Part shown: piece after piece, positions 17,667 to 26,194 of the stretch
Layout: the number at the start of each line of letters is the position of its first letter
Position numbering within the stretch: position 1 is the first letter of the stretch
From: a virus
Lineage: Duplodnaviria > Caudoviricetes
Direction: 5' to 3' (one strand)
IMG/VR virus record: IMGVR_UViG_3300037458_000523
Location: 1 to 39,356 of that record
Length of the DNA stretch: 39,356 nt
Made by a program: the position numbers and the translations under genes
The notes under the pieces: generated by a model
What the model was told of the DNA's origin: nothing
What the model saw: the letters and a program-made list of their open reading frames with translations, nothing else
Databases searched by the model: none

Positions 17667-17891
17667 ATGGGGGTGGTACCTATCAAGTGTGCAGATTGCG
17701 CGAATTCCATTCAGAGCGGAGCCGAATATCTCTGTGCAGCACCGCAGTTAGCAGAGGTTCTCGATTCCACGAGAGGGTATCAGAATGAGATAGCTCGCTG
17801 CCATGCTGCGAGAGACTTCAAGTTCGCGTGTGGTCATGCCGCTCGGTGGTACCGCCCCCGGCAGGAAAATGAACAAGATGCTCCTACCTAA
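17667..17891 (+). CDS. Cys-rich hypothetical protein
   Basis: KCADC...C...C...CG. Confidence 0.6.
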   Translation: MGVVPIKCADCANSIQSGAEYLCAAPQLAEVLDSTRGYQNEIARCHAARDFKFACGHAARWYRPRQENEQDAPT

Positions 17892-17905
17892 CGAAAGGAC
17901 TCGAA

Positions 17906-18214
17906 ATGGTCACCGAAAGACGTAGCATCAGCCTTTTCCGAGCGGTTGGCGTTGGGGGTCCTCAACCTCCCATCCTGACCATTGAAGTGCGGGATCAACT
18001 TGCCAAGGTTAGCTCTGTAGCGGAAGCACAGCAATGCTGTGAAAACCAAGCATCAATACTCGCTGACGCTCTGTATGAGTCCCTTCCGTGGGGGACGGTA
18101 AAAGCTTTGAGCGATATTTTGGCTACCAAGCTGGCTGATGGAGGGTGCTCTGACAACCAAGGGTTTGTTTCTCGGTACGACATGATTTCCGAGGCGAACA
18201 ACTATGGAGGCTGA
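17906..18214 (+). CDS. hypothetical protein
   Basis: AAGGA RBS. Confidence 0.6.
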   Translation: MVTERRSISLFRAVGVGGPQPPILTIEVRDQLAKVSSVAEAQQCCENQASILADALYESLPWGTVKALSDILATKLADGGCSDNQGFVSRYDMISEANNYGG

Positions 18215-18497
18215 AATGAAACCAGAAGAAGATTTAGAAAACCCTAGTGAGATAACAAAGCTCTTGATGTCGTATAGACCTGAACCTGAGCGGTGTTTCT
18301 CGTTTGAGTTTGAGGTTTGGCAGGGCGACGAAGTTGTTGCCAGCACCAGAGGGCCGCGAGACGACGCGCTGCGCGAGGCCATGCACTATGCGGCACAGTA
18401 CGAACAGGACGGGCCGGTGCGCGTGTTTGAGGTAACGCGGACATTGGTTACTATGGATAACAAGCGAGGAACGAACTACCTACTGGGATCAGATTAG
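18204..18497 (+). CDS. hypothetical protein
   Basis: Tiles the operon (ATG 18216 behind GGAGG is an alternative start). Confidence 0.6.
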   Translation: MEAEMKPEEDLENPSEITKLLMSYRPEPERCFSFEFEVWQGDEVVASTRGPRDDALREAMHYAAQYEQDGPVRVFEVTRTLVTMDNKRGTNYLLGSD

Positions 18498-18499
18498 CC

Positions 18500-18742
18500 A
18501 TGGAATGGAAAAGAAAGGAAGGCTACGTGATGAGGAATGACTTCGACAAGAGCTTTAACAGGATGCAGCGGTTTGTTTCTTTCTTCATCGGCTTCGTGAT
18601 CCTGCTTCTAGTTTGCTTCTTCATCGCAATGGGCGTGATCGCATACAAGGCGGTTGATGCAGTTCAGGCCGAAGACTGGAACGGTGGAATCAAGCCAGTG
18701 ATCGAAAAGCTGTGGTGTGGCAAGTCCGGGTGCTTGGACTGA
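18500..18742 (+). CDS. single-pass membrane protein
   Basis: FVSFFIGFVILLLVCFFIAMGVIAY. Confidence 0.65.
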   Translation: MEWKRKEGYVMRNDFDKSFNRMQRFVSFFIGFVILLLVCFFIAMGVIAYKAVDAVQAEDWNGGIKPVIEKLWCGKSGCLD

Positions 18743-19034
18743 AATGAACGACAGGTTCGGCGGCATGGTTATGACGGAGGACAAAGCAATGTATTTGCAA
18801 ACATGGGCAGAGTGGGTGCATCAGATTGATGTGCTCACTGGTGGCGGCGAAGTTATGCTATTGGCCGGACCGCACGGAGGTATGACTATTGCCGTGCAAT
18901 GGCGGCAGGACGGGAGGCGCATGCGGTACGGCCAAGCGCTGTCGATGCACGAAATAGAGGACATGGGCGAGGAGCAGTCGTGCGTACTTGAGCAGATAAC
19001 CAATGAAGTTCGCAAGATGACCAAGGGGGGCTGA
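18717..19034 (+). CDS. hypothetical protein (true start probably downstream)
   Basis: Tiles the operon. Confidence 0.5.
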   Translation: MASPGAWTEMNDRFGGMVMTEDKAMYLQTWAEWVHQIDVLTGGGEVMLLAGPHGGMTIAVQWRQDGRRMRYGQALSMHEIEDMGEEQSCVLEQITNEVRKMTKGG

Positions 19035-19035
19035 A

Positions 19036-19251
19036 ATGACTACACAACGTTGGAACCGCATCTGCGACAGGTGGCTTACAATCGTTCTGATTCCGTTACT
19101 CGTGACAGCAATCCATTATGAGGTAGGCTATTGGCCGGGAACCCTCCTTGTCATCCTATTCATCGTGTGCGGAGGTATTTCGGGAGCGTTCATCATCGGG
19201 GCGATTATTGCCTGTTCCGAAGGCATTCTGGACTGGTTGAAGGGGTACTGA
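19036..19251 (+). CDS. two-TM membrane protein
   Basis: Two hydrophobic segments. Confidence 0.6.
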   Translation: MTTQRWNRICDRWLTIVLIPLLVTAIHYEVGYWPGTLLVILFIVCGGISGAFIIGAIIACSEGILDWLKGY

Positions 19252-19252
19252 C

Positions 19253-19466
19253 ATGAATGATGACCTGATCCAAAGACTGACTTTATTTTCTTCTGACCCT
19301 GTGCTTGGAGGGGTCAGAAGAAGCCAAAGGCAGAATCGAGCAGATTGAGGCCAAGCTGGAAACCTACGAGTCCATCATTTCCGGTAACAACTCGATGCTG
19401 GAAATGGCAGAACACCGCGAAGCCAAACTCCGTGCCGAGCTAGACGAGTTGAAGGCCAAGCTGTAA
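19253..19466 (+). pseudogene. apparently frameshifted coiled-coil gene
   Basis: MNDDLIQRL... in frame 0; EEAKGRIEQIEAKL...LKAKL* in the +1 frame; 12-bp hairpin at the junction. Confidence 0.4.
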
Positions 19467-19507
19467 TCTCTCTGCACCAAGACTATCGACACGAGAAGGG
19501 GTGGACA

Positions 19508-19960
19508 ATGAATGACAAGATTGAGACGTGGACGCAGGGCTGCTTTGTAGACCAGCCGCAATACAGAACTTGGAGCGAAGAAGCAAAATCCGAGGCCAAG
19601 CGGCAAGCGGAGTTTCTGGTACGGTCTGGACCCACTGATAATGCGATTTGCCGTGCATATAGTCCAGAAGCTGCACAATGGATCGCGCAGCGGCTCAATA
19701 GGGCGGCAAAACTTGAAGCCGAGAACAAGTGGCTACAAAGGGCATGGGAGGCAATGCAATCAGCAAAGAGTTGTGCTGTGACCAGAGAAGAGGAAATGTT
19801 CGTGGAGTTGATGAATCTTAGCGCCGACCGCAAAAAACTGCTACAGCTTTTGGAATCTGCCAGCGAAGTCATTGGCCGGTTTGTGTCCGACGAAGGCTGG
19901 AAACAGTCCGACATGGACATGATGGACCACATAGCCGCAGAGATTGCGAGAAGACGGTGA
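19508..19960 (+). CDS. hypothetical protein
   Basis: GGGTGG RBS; coherent ORF. Confidence 0.65.
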   Translation: MNDKIETWTQGCFVDQPQYRTWSEEAKSEAKRQAEFLVRSGPTDNAICRAYSPEAAQWIAQRLNRAAKLEAENKWLQRAWEAMQSAKSCAVTREEEMFVELMNLSADRKKLLQLLESASEVIGRFVSDEGWKQSDMDMMDHIAAEIARRR

Positions 19961-19978
19961 CCGATAAAAGGGCGACAA

Positions 19979-20341
19979 ATGAACACCGAACCGATTCCGG
20001 CGCAAGGTCCGGTTGACGTACTTGTTGGGCGGCTGCGTGCCCATGCTGAGGCGCACGAATACATTGCCAACGCCGACGAGGGACAACGCCAGTGGATGCA
20101 CGACCTGTACGACGCGGCAGACGCACTGGAGCGCGCCCCGCGCTGGCGGGATGTTGTCGAAGAACTGCCGCAGGAGGCTCAAGAGGTGCTTTTTGTCCGT
20201 GACGGCAAGACGGTGCATGGCGCATGGATTGGCGGGATTTTCTGGCACAGCAACCAGAAGATGGCCGCTGCGATATGGATGCCGCTGCCCGTGCCGCCCA
20301 ACGCTGGCGTAACCAGCCTGCCGCACACGAAAGGAGATTGA
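19979..20341 (+). CDS. DUF551-like domain protein (cassette-like)
   Basis: RWRDVVEELP...VLF...WMPLPVPP. Confidence 0.7.
   Translation: MNTEPIPAQGPVDVLVGRLRAHAEAHEYIANADEGQRQWMHDLYDAADALERAPRWRDVVEELPQEAQEVLFVRDGKTVHGAWIGGIFWHSNQKMAAAIWMPLPVPPNAGVTSLPHTKGD
20006..20033 (-). mobile_element. attC-like half site (R''/L'' arm)
   Basis: GGTCCGGTTGACGTACTTGTTGGGCGGC is near-identical to 20367-20394; its partner arm is eroded. Confidence 0.55.
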
Positions 20342-20395
20342 CACCATGACAACGCCTATTGCGGCAGGTCTGGTTGACGTAACTGTTGGGCGGCA
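20292..20395 (-). mobile_element. integron attC-like recombination site, inverted relative to the genes
   Basis: TGCCGCCCAAC...GTTGGGCGGCA outer arms (RYYYAAC/GTTRRRY) and 5-nt unpaired spacers. Inner stem CGTAACCAGCCTGCCGCA pairs with TGCGGCAGG(T)CTGGTT(G)ACG, leaving extrahelical T20369 and G20376. Confidence 0.75.
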
Positions 20396-20543
20396 GCGAT
20401 GTACTAACTGCGCTCATACGAAATGTATGTTTCACGGAGAAGACAGGCTGCCGATGTATCGTGGATTGAGTCATCAACGCGGCACGTATTGCTGGATAGA
20501 CCCGGAGTCGGAATTTGGACAAAGCCTCACGCGTCCTAACTAG
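20346..20543 (+). CDS. Cys-containing hypothetical protein (cassette-like)
   Basis: AAAGGAG RBS and ATG lie in the attC loop; ends ...CCTAAC TAG. Confidence 0.65.
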   Translation: MTTPIAAGLVDVTVGRQRCTNCAHTKCMFHGEDRLPMYRGLSHQRGTYCWIDPESEFGQSLTRPN

Positions 20544-20545
20544 AA

Positions 20546-20794
20546 GTGGACGGCGATTCCGCGTTTGTCGTGATGGCGCTCTCGCCGGCATTTCCTGACA
20601 TGGCTAGGGTGGTAGCCAAGGAAGTAGCAAGGTTTAGAGCGTGGAAAAATATAGAATCCATGGCCGACAAGACAGAGTGGTGTAACCTCTATAATGCAGT
20701 TTGGTCGAAAAGCTGGATCAAAGTGTACGAGGAAGAGTTTGCAGCGGCTAGGGAATCTCAAGCCACTCAACTACGCAAGATGTTTGATGAATAG
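20546..20794 (+). CDS. hypothetical protein
   Basis: ORF filling the gap before the promoter. Confidence 0.4.
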   Translation: MDGDSAFVVMALSPAFPDMARVVAKEVARFRAWKNIESMADKTEWCNLYNAVWSKSWIKVYEEEFAAARESQATQLRKMFDE

Positions 20795-20814
20795 CATTGG
20801 TAGTTAAAAAACAT

Positions 20815-20842
20815 TTGACAAATTTATAGATTCGGGTAGAAT
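20815..20842 (+). promoter_or_regulatory. sigma70-type phage promoter
   Basis: TTGACA-N16-TAGAAT. Confidence 0.85.
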
Positions 20843-20912
20843 CTAAGTTGTCGGGTAACCAAACATCAGCGTGGAAGCCCATTTATTGAAGTACATAGTC
20901 AGGAGGACTATC

Positions 20913-21365
20913 ATGAAAGCCTATCAAGTTACTGTCGGGTCCGTTGCTGTTTTCACTGGCCCGTTTGCCGAAGCTCTGCCGGTTATCGCTGCCGGGGTTG
21001 AAAAGCCTCGCTTTGACGTGTCGAAGTCGGCCATCGAGTCCGCCGATGTCGGCAGCAAGTTCCGGGTGACCTCCCGGGTCAAGGGTGTCACGAGCAAGGC
21101 CACCCTGACGGTCGTGGAAGTCGAGGAGCCCAAGACCAAGGCCCCGAAGACGAAAGCCCCGGCTGGTTTGCGGAAGGTGTCGTGGGATTACATCGTGTCC
21201 CAAGTCGGCGATCAGCCGGTTACCGAGGTTTCCGTCCGCAAGGCTACCGAGCGTCGTTTCGAGTTGAAGGTCAACGGCAAGGTGGTGTGGTACTCCTTCA
21301 CGGCAGAGGTGGCCAACGCTGCGAAGGAGGCTGTGGAGACCAATCTCATGGCGAAGTCGGCCTGA
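20913..21365 (+). CDS. basic Lys/Ala-rich protein, probably highly expressed
   Basis: Own promoter, AGGAGG RBS and own terminator; visibly G/C-biased third codon positions. Confidence 0.75.
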   Translation: MKAYQVTVGSVAVFTGPFAEALPVIAAGVEKPRFDVSKSAIESADVGSKFRVTSRVKGVTSKATLTVVEVEEPKTKAPKTKAPAGLRKVSWDYIVSQVGDQPVTEVSVRKATERRFELKVNGKVVWYSFTAEVANAAKEAVETNLMAKSA

Positions 21366-21377
21366 TCACTTTCACCC

Positions 21378-21402
21378 GGGGGGCTCACTGCCCCCCTTTT
21401 TT
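21378..21402 (+). terminator. rho-independent terminator
   Basis: GGGGGGC-TCACT-GCCCCCC-TTTTTT. Confidence 0.9.
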
Positions 21403-21418
21403 GTGCAATTAACTGCAA
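21403..21418 (+). repeat. dispersed quasi-palindromic motif, copy 5
   Basis: GTGCAATTAACTGCAA, directly after the terminator. Confidence 0.85.
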
Positions 21419-21429
21419 CGAGGGTTACT

Positions 21430-22011
21430 ATGGCAGCGCAGGAGAAGATGACACAATACCAGACCATGGCCTACCGGACAATGAAGCCGGGGAGTCAGGA
21501 GGACCAAATCCTCCATTGCATTCTAGGCATGGTCGGAGAAGCAAACGAAGTGAAAACCCTTCTTCTTGGTAGCCGCAAGTCGGAGGATTCTCTGGTTCTG
21601 GAGTTAGGGGACTGCATGTGGTACGCCGCATGTTTGGCCCACGCCTTGAACGTGAAGATTTGTGATCTTGCGGGGCGAGACGCAGAGAGAAGTGCAGGTT
21701 CCAGTCTTTTCTTGGGCAACGCTTCACTTATGCTGCACCATGCCTGTACGTTAGCCGAGCACATCAAGAAGGTCAGATTTACTGGCAAGGCTCGGGATGA
21801 TACGTTGATCCTCAATGTGCTTGGCTGGTATTGGGGCTCTGTCGAAGGCGTCTGTCACGCTGCCGGGATTTCCCCGGGTGAGGTCATGGATCGCAACATC
21901 GCTAAGTTGGAGAAGCGATACCCGAACCTTCGGTTTGATGTTTCTGATGCTTTGGCGAGAGCCGACGTTTCTCCTGCCGGGGAGTCGGACTATACCCTGT
22001 GGGGCTCCTGA
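21430..22011 (+). CDS. MazG-like nucleotide pyrophosphohydrolase
   Basis: LGMVGEANEV...ELGDCMWY...NIAKLEKRYP. Confidence 0.8.
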   Translation: MAAQEKMTQYQTMAYRTMKPGSQEDQILHCILGMVGEANEVKTLLLGSRKSEDSLVLELGDCMWYAACLAHALNVKICDLAGRDAERSAGSSLFLGNASLMLHHACTLAEHIKKVRFTGKARDDTLILNVLGWYWGSVEGVCHAAGISPGEVMDRNIAKLEKRYPNLRFDVSDALARADVSPAGESDYTLWGS

Positions 22012-22012
22012 C

Positions 22013-22441
22013 ATGGGTGATCATTTTGATTTCATGCGGGTTCAGATCAACCCAGACTCCGTTAGCCCGGAGGTTATGCTCGATAAGTTTGGGGGGACAT
22101 GGGAGGAGGCTATTCGCCGCTCTTTGCAAGCCCTATCGGACGACGTTTTTGTGAGTTCGACGTTTCAGGTAGCCGTTAGCCGTCCGTTCTTCCCTCGTGA
22201 TGATCGGTGGCCCAATATGTTGCACCTGTCCATCACCCGACTTGATCAGGCCCCTATTCATGATTGGGGGGCGTTGCAACGCATCAAGAATATCATTGTT
22301 GGCCCCGAGTTTGAGGCCATAGAGGTATATCCGGCAGAAAGCCGCAAGGTGGATATGGGGAACAATTACCACCTGTGGGTATTTCCTCTGGGGTACCAAG
22401 TTCCCATTGGGTGGGAAACTCGGATGGTGAAGGGAGAGTAA
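22013..22441 (+). CDS. phage hypothetical protein
   Basis: HLSI...DW..LQRIKN..VGPEFEAIEVYPAESR.VD..NNYHLW, a pattern I recognise from uncharacterised phage proteins. Confidence 0.7.
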   Translation: MGDHFDFMRVQINPDSVSPEVMLDKFGGTWEEAIRRSLQALSDDVFVSSTFQVAVSRPFFPRDDRWPNMLHLSITRLDQAPIHDWGALQRIKNIIVGPEFEAIEVYPAESRKVDMGNNYHLWVFPLGYQVPIGWETRMVKGE

Positions 22442-22443
22442 TC

Positions 22444-23004
22444 ATGCAGTTGGTGGGGATTCATGGCCTGAAACGCAGTGGCAAGGATACCTTGGGACGC
22501 CTTATTCAACGGAAGCTAAAGTTTTCAGAGGTGAGGAGAGTAGCTTTTGCGGATATGCTTAAGCGTGTCACGTCAGAACTCACTGGTGTCCCGCTTGTGT
22601 TCTTCTACTCAGGAGAGGCGAAAGACAAGGTAATCCCGGGCCTTGGGATTACTCCCCGGAGACTTCTTGGAAACGTTTCCGAGGCATTGAAAGGGTGCTT
22701 TGGGGATGATCTCTTCACCAACCATGTGCGAAGGCTGTGGGAGGATCGGGAGCGTCTGGGGTTCTCTACCCTGATCATTACGGATGTCCGCCTAGAGTCG
22801 GAGGCTTACTGGATTCGGGACGCAGGTGGGGTAGTGGTTCATGTGACCAGAACCGGATGGGCTGGTGAGTCGGATTACGACCTCTATGAGGCTGGTATCA
22901 GGTTTTTGCCCCAAGATTACCGGATCACGAACGATGGTAACCTGCCGGAGTTGTCCAGCGCAGTAGATGAGTTTCTTACATGGTGGGTTGGGCCCCCAGA
23001 ATAA
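22444..23004 (+). CDS. deoxynucleoside monophosphate kinase
   Basis: GLKRSGKDT, AFADMLK, ITDVR..SEA. Confidence 0.88.
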   Translation: MQLVGIHGLKRSGKDTLGRLIQRKLKFSEVRRVAFADMLKRVTSELTGVPLVFFYSGEAKDKVIPGLGITPRRLLGNVSEALKGCFGDDLFTNHVRRLWEDRERLGFSTLIITDVRLESEAYWIRDAGGVVVHVTRTGWAGESDYDLYEAGIRFLPQDYRITNDGNLPELSSAVDEFLTWWVGPPE

Positions 23005-23008
23005 TCCT

Positions 23009-23036
23009 TTGACAATCGTAGCAATTCGGGTATAAT
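23009..23036 (+). promoter_or_regulatory. sigma70-type phage promoter
   Basis: TTGACA-N16-TATAAT. Confidence 0.88.
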
Positions 23037-23065
23037 TTAGTCATACGCTTTCCACGGAGGGAAAA

Positions 23066-25276
23066 ATGGCAATTGTTATCAAGGCAAAGGTAGAGCCCGT
23101 TCAGCTTTTTCGGTTTGGCAATGCTGTTGATGGCAATGCCATGATGAAGAACCTGCTCGGGGGGAAGGGAGCTAACCTCGCTGAAATGTCAGGCATTGGT
23201 ATCCCGGTCCCGTCAGGGTTCACGATTCCGTGCACAGCCTCAGTCAACTACAAGAAGTACCGTGACTCAGCCCCGCACCTGTCTGCATTCTTAACCTCCT
23301 TGTGGGGGCAGCTTTCAGCGGGGTCTGAATACCTGACACATTGTTCAGGGCATACTCCGCTGGTTAGCGTCCGGTCTGGGTCCAGAGTTTCCATGCCGGG
23401 GATGATGGATACGATTCTGAATGTCGGGATAACTATGGAGACCTTGCCGTTCTGGAAGGAGAAGCTAGGGGAGCGTACCGCTCTTGACTCCTATCGGCGG
23501 TTGATCCAGATGTATGGGTCAGTGGCTCTGGGCATCCCGATGGAGGAGTTCGATAAGATTTTCCAGCGGTTGAAGTACGTCTACAATGTGTCCTTGGACG
23601 TTGAGCTTTCGGCCTCGGCGTTGGACGAGTTGGTGGTTAACTATCTGGGGTTGGTGGGGGCCCATGGTCATGAGTTCCCAGACACTTTCGAGGATCAACT
23701 GAGGGGGGCTGTTATTTCCGTGTTCCGCTCGTGGGACAATCCCCGGGCCATTGAGTACAGGAAGATCAACGGCATTCCCGAAGAATGGGGGACGGCAGTT
23801 AATGTTCAGTCCATGGTTTTCGGTAACCTGAACGACCAGTCGGCGACAGGGGTGGTTTTCACTCGTTGCCCTAGCACCGGGAAGAGTTCCCCTACCGGGG
23901 AGTATCTGGTGAATGCTCAGGGGGAGGACGTGGTAGCCGGTATCAGGACCCCGGACCCGATTGAGCAGATGTTCAACTGGAATCCGGCAGTTACGGCCAA
24001 GTTGCTTGGGTTGTTGGAAAAGTTGGAACTGCACTATAAAGACATGCAGGACGTTGAGTTTACGGTGCAGAGTGGTGATCTCTACATCCTGCAAACCAGA
24101 AATGGGAAAAGGTCCGCCAAGGCCGCATTCAAGATCGCCCACGATCTTGCGGAGGAGGGGGTGATTTCTCGTCAGGAAGCGTTGTCTCGGGTCAATCATT
24201 CCATGCTTTTGGCCTCGATGCAGTCTGAGGTGGATACGTCGTTCTCCACTCCTCCCCATCTTACTGGCATAGCTGCTGGGGGTGGAATTGTGTCAGGGGT
24301 GATAGTCCTTTCGTCACCGGCAGCAGTTAATTGCACTAGCCCGTGTGTCCTCGTCACGAACGAGACAAACCCTAATGACATCGCCGGGATGAATGCCTCA
24401 GTAGGTATCTTGACAGCTACAGGGGGTTTGACTTCTCACGCAGCGGTGGTGGCCCGGGGCATGAATAAGACCTGCGTTGTAGGGGCAACTGCGTTGACGT
24501 TTAAGCAGAGCTTCACGAAGTTGGTGCAGGTCGGAAATCTTACTTTCAAGGAAGGGGATAAGGTGACCATTGACGGGGCCACTGGCAACGTGTGGTTTGG
24601 TATTGATGTTCCTATCCTTCCGGCGGGAGCAACATCGGAGGCACGCACCATGGCGAAGTGGCAGTTGGCTATGAGTGGTGCCGTGGAGAGGCTCGATGTT
24701 TCTAGCGATATGGGGGAGCAGGAGATGGCGGACCTCGTTCTCGATGTAGCAACCCCTGCCCTCTATGTTGACACTGCTGTGTTCGAGAGCAACGGTCTTG
24801 ATGGGCTGGAAAAGCTTGGGTCTGCGCTGGCAAAGGTGTCAGGCGTTAGTATCGTTGTTGATTTGTCCCCAATGACTACGCTTTTGCCCCCGGTTGATTC
24901 CCTCTTCATTTCCATGTTCGGGGGGAAAGAGCCGCCTCATACCCTCAGCAAGAAGTTGGCTGCGATAGCGAAGTGGGATGCCATGACTAAGGCCCGGGTA
25001 ATTCTCATAGCCCCCGAGGGGGCGGGGTTCACTCTGCCAGAATCGCTCAAGAAGGCGGGGGTGCGTATCATCGGGGCCGTCTCTACGGTATCTGATCTGT
25101 TCAGCGCAGCGGGGCCTGTGCGGGTGTCTCCGAGCGTTCTTTCGACTGTATTCGGGGATCAGGAGACGTATGACAAGCTTTGCAAGATGGTAGGAGAAGT
25201 CACCGGGGTCAATCTGTCTGCTAACTACAGTCGCCCTGTTTATTGGTATGACAGCTTTCGTGAGGGGGTAGCATAA
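23066..25276 (+). CDS. PPDK-like dikinase: ATP-grasp + phospho-His domain + non-canonical C-terminal domain
   Basis: LGGKGANLAEM, SVRSG...SMPGMMDT, NAQGEDVVAGIRTP, QDVEFT, LQTR, GGLTSHAAVVARG (His458). Confidence 0.9.
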   Translation: MAIVIKAKVEPVQLFRFGNAVDGNAMMKNLLGGKGANLAEMSGIGIPVPSGFTIPCTASVNYKKYRDSAPHLSAFLTSLWGQLSAGSEYLTHCSGHTPLVSVRSGSRVSMPGMMDTILNVGITMETLPFWKEKLGERTALDSYRRLIQMYGSVALGIPMEEFDKIFQRLKYVYNVSLDVELSASALDELVVNYLGLVGAHGHEFPDTFEDQLRGAVISVFRSWDNPRAIEYRKINGIPEEWGTAVNVQSMVFGNLNDQSATGVVFTRCPSTGKSSPTGEYLVNAQGEDVVAGIRTPDPIEQMFNWNPAVTAKLLGLLEKLELHYKDMQDVEFTVQSGDLYILQTRNGKRSAKAAFKIAHDLAEEGVISRQEALSRVNHSMLLASMQSEVDTSFSTPPHLTGIAAGGGIVSGVIVLSSPAAVNCTSPCVLVTNETNPNDIAGMNASVGILTATGGLTSHAAVVARGMNKTCVVGATALTFKQSFTKLVQVGNLTFKEGDKVTIDGATGNVWFGIDVPILPAGATSEARTMAKWQLAMSGAVERLDVSSDMGEQEMADLVLDVATPALYVDTAVFESNGLDGLEKLGSALAKVSGVSIVVDLSPMTTLLPPVDSLFISMFGGKEPPHTLSKKLAAIAKWDAMTKARVILIAPEGAGFTLPESLKKAGVRIIGAVSTVSDLFSAAGPVRVSPSVLSTVFGDQETYDKLCKMVGEVTGVNLSANYSRPVYWYDSFREGVA
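24321..24336 (-). repeat. dispersed quasi-palindromic motif, copy 6
   Basis: + strand CAGCAGTTAATTGCAC, inside the PPDK-like gene. Confidence 0.75.
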
Positions 25277-25536
25277 TGGCACTCGTTTTAACGCTTGCCC
25301 CGGGGCAAGGATTCTATGTAGGGAAGCATCATGTCAGGCTTTCTTCCATCGGGGATAAGGGGACCTGCATCGTCAGTTCAGGGGGAAAGGAATTCAGTAT
25401 TGATTCCGCGTCGTGGGTATCCTTGTATCCGGGTGTTTCTCTCGTGGCATCGTACACTCAGAGAGGGCTGCCAAAAGAAATACGGATCGCAATTGATGCC
25501 CCAGAACTCATAGTCATACGTGGTAATCTGGAGTAG
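25276..25536 (+). CDS. CsrA/RsmA-like protein with an internal insertion
   Basis: N-terminal LVLTLAPGQGFYVG and C-terminal IRIAIDAPELIVIR resemble CsrA LILTRRVGETLMIG and VRIGVNAPKEVSVHR. Confidence 0.55.
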   Translation: MALVLTLAPGQGFYVGKHHVRLSSIGDKGTCIVSSGGKEFSIDSASWVSLYPGVSLVASYTQRGLPKEIRIAIDAPELIVIRGNLE

Positions 25537-25562
25537 AACGTTTTTAATCGTGCTGTGCTTTT

Positions 25563-26141
25563 TTGATGGAGAAAGAAATGACTACACCTTTGACCAAAGG
25601 GATTCCAGTAACTCTCGGCAACATCCATGGGATTGTTTTCGGGGGGCCGTTTCGCAAGTATGTCCCCGGGACCCGCCGCTTGGTGGGGGTAAAGATGGCG
25701 GCGGAAATTTGTCATCCCTGTGAGATTGTCGTGGACACGGAGGACTTTTCTGTTCCGTTGGTGCAGGACATGCAGAACGGGATCATCAAGTCCATCAATG
25801 CCATGTCTGCCGGCTATGATGTGTACGTCGGGTGCATGGGGGGTATTGGCAGGACTGGCCTCTTCATGGGGTGCATGGCCAAGGTGATGATTGACTGTGG
25901 CCGTAAGGGTATCGTCACCGAGGAAAAGATTGGGGACCCTGTTCTGTGGGTACGGGAACACTACCTCTCCCATGCTATCGAGACCAAAGAGCAACAGTCG
26001 TATGTCGTCAATTTCGATACCTCTGTTGTCATCGCGCATGTTGAGTCTTTGCTCAAAGGACCCGAGCCGGAAGTACGGGTAGAGATGCCAACCCTGTGGC
26101 AGTACGCAATGTGGTGGCTGTCTGGGGGGCCATGGAAATAA
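25563..26141 (+). CDS. Cys-dependent (PTP/DSP-like) phosphatase
   Basis: EDFSVP acid loop, VYVGCMGGIGRTG (CX5R), AIETKEQ. Confidence 0.85.
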   Translation: MMEKEMTTPLTKGIPVTLGNIHGIVFGGPFRKYVPGTRRLVGVKMAAEICHPCEIVVDTEDFSVPLVQDMQNGIIKSINAMSAGYDVYVGCMGGIGRTGLFMGCMAKVMIDCGRKGIVTEEKIGDPVLWVREHYLSHAIETKEQQSYVVNFDTSVVIAHVESLLKGPEPEVRVEMPTLWQYAMWWLSGGPWK

Positions 26142-26142
26142 T

Positions 26143-26170
26143 TTGACAATCTGTAGGAATACGGTATAAT
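26143..26170 (+). promoter_or_regulatory. sigma70-type phage promoter
   Basis: TTGACA-N16-TATAAT. Confidence 0.88.
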
Positions 26171-26194
26171 CAAGTCATATCCACGGAGGGTGCT

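Noticed and set aside
23066-25276. Calling this ORF ppdK (pyruvate phosphate dikinase AMG)
   Set aside because: The C-terminal PEP/pyruvate-binding motifs are absent and the protein is ~140 aa too short, so no gene symbol was given.
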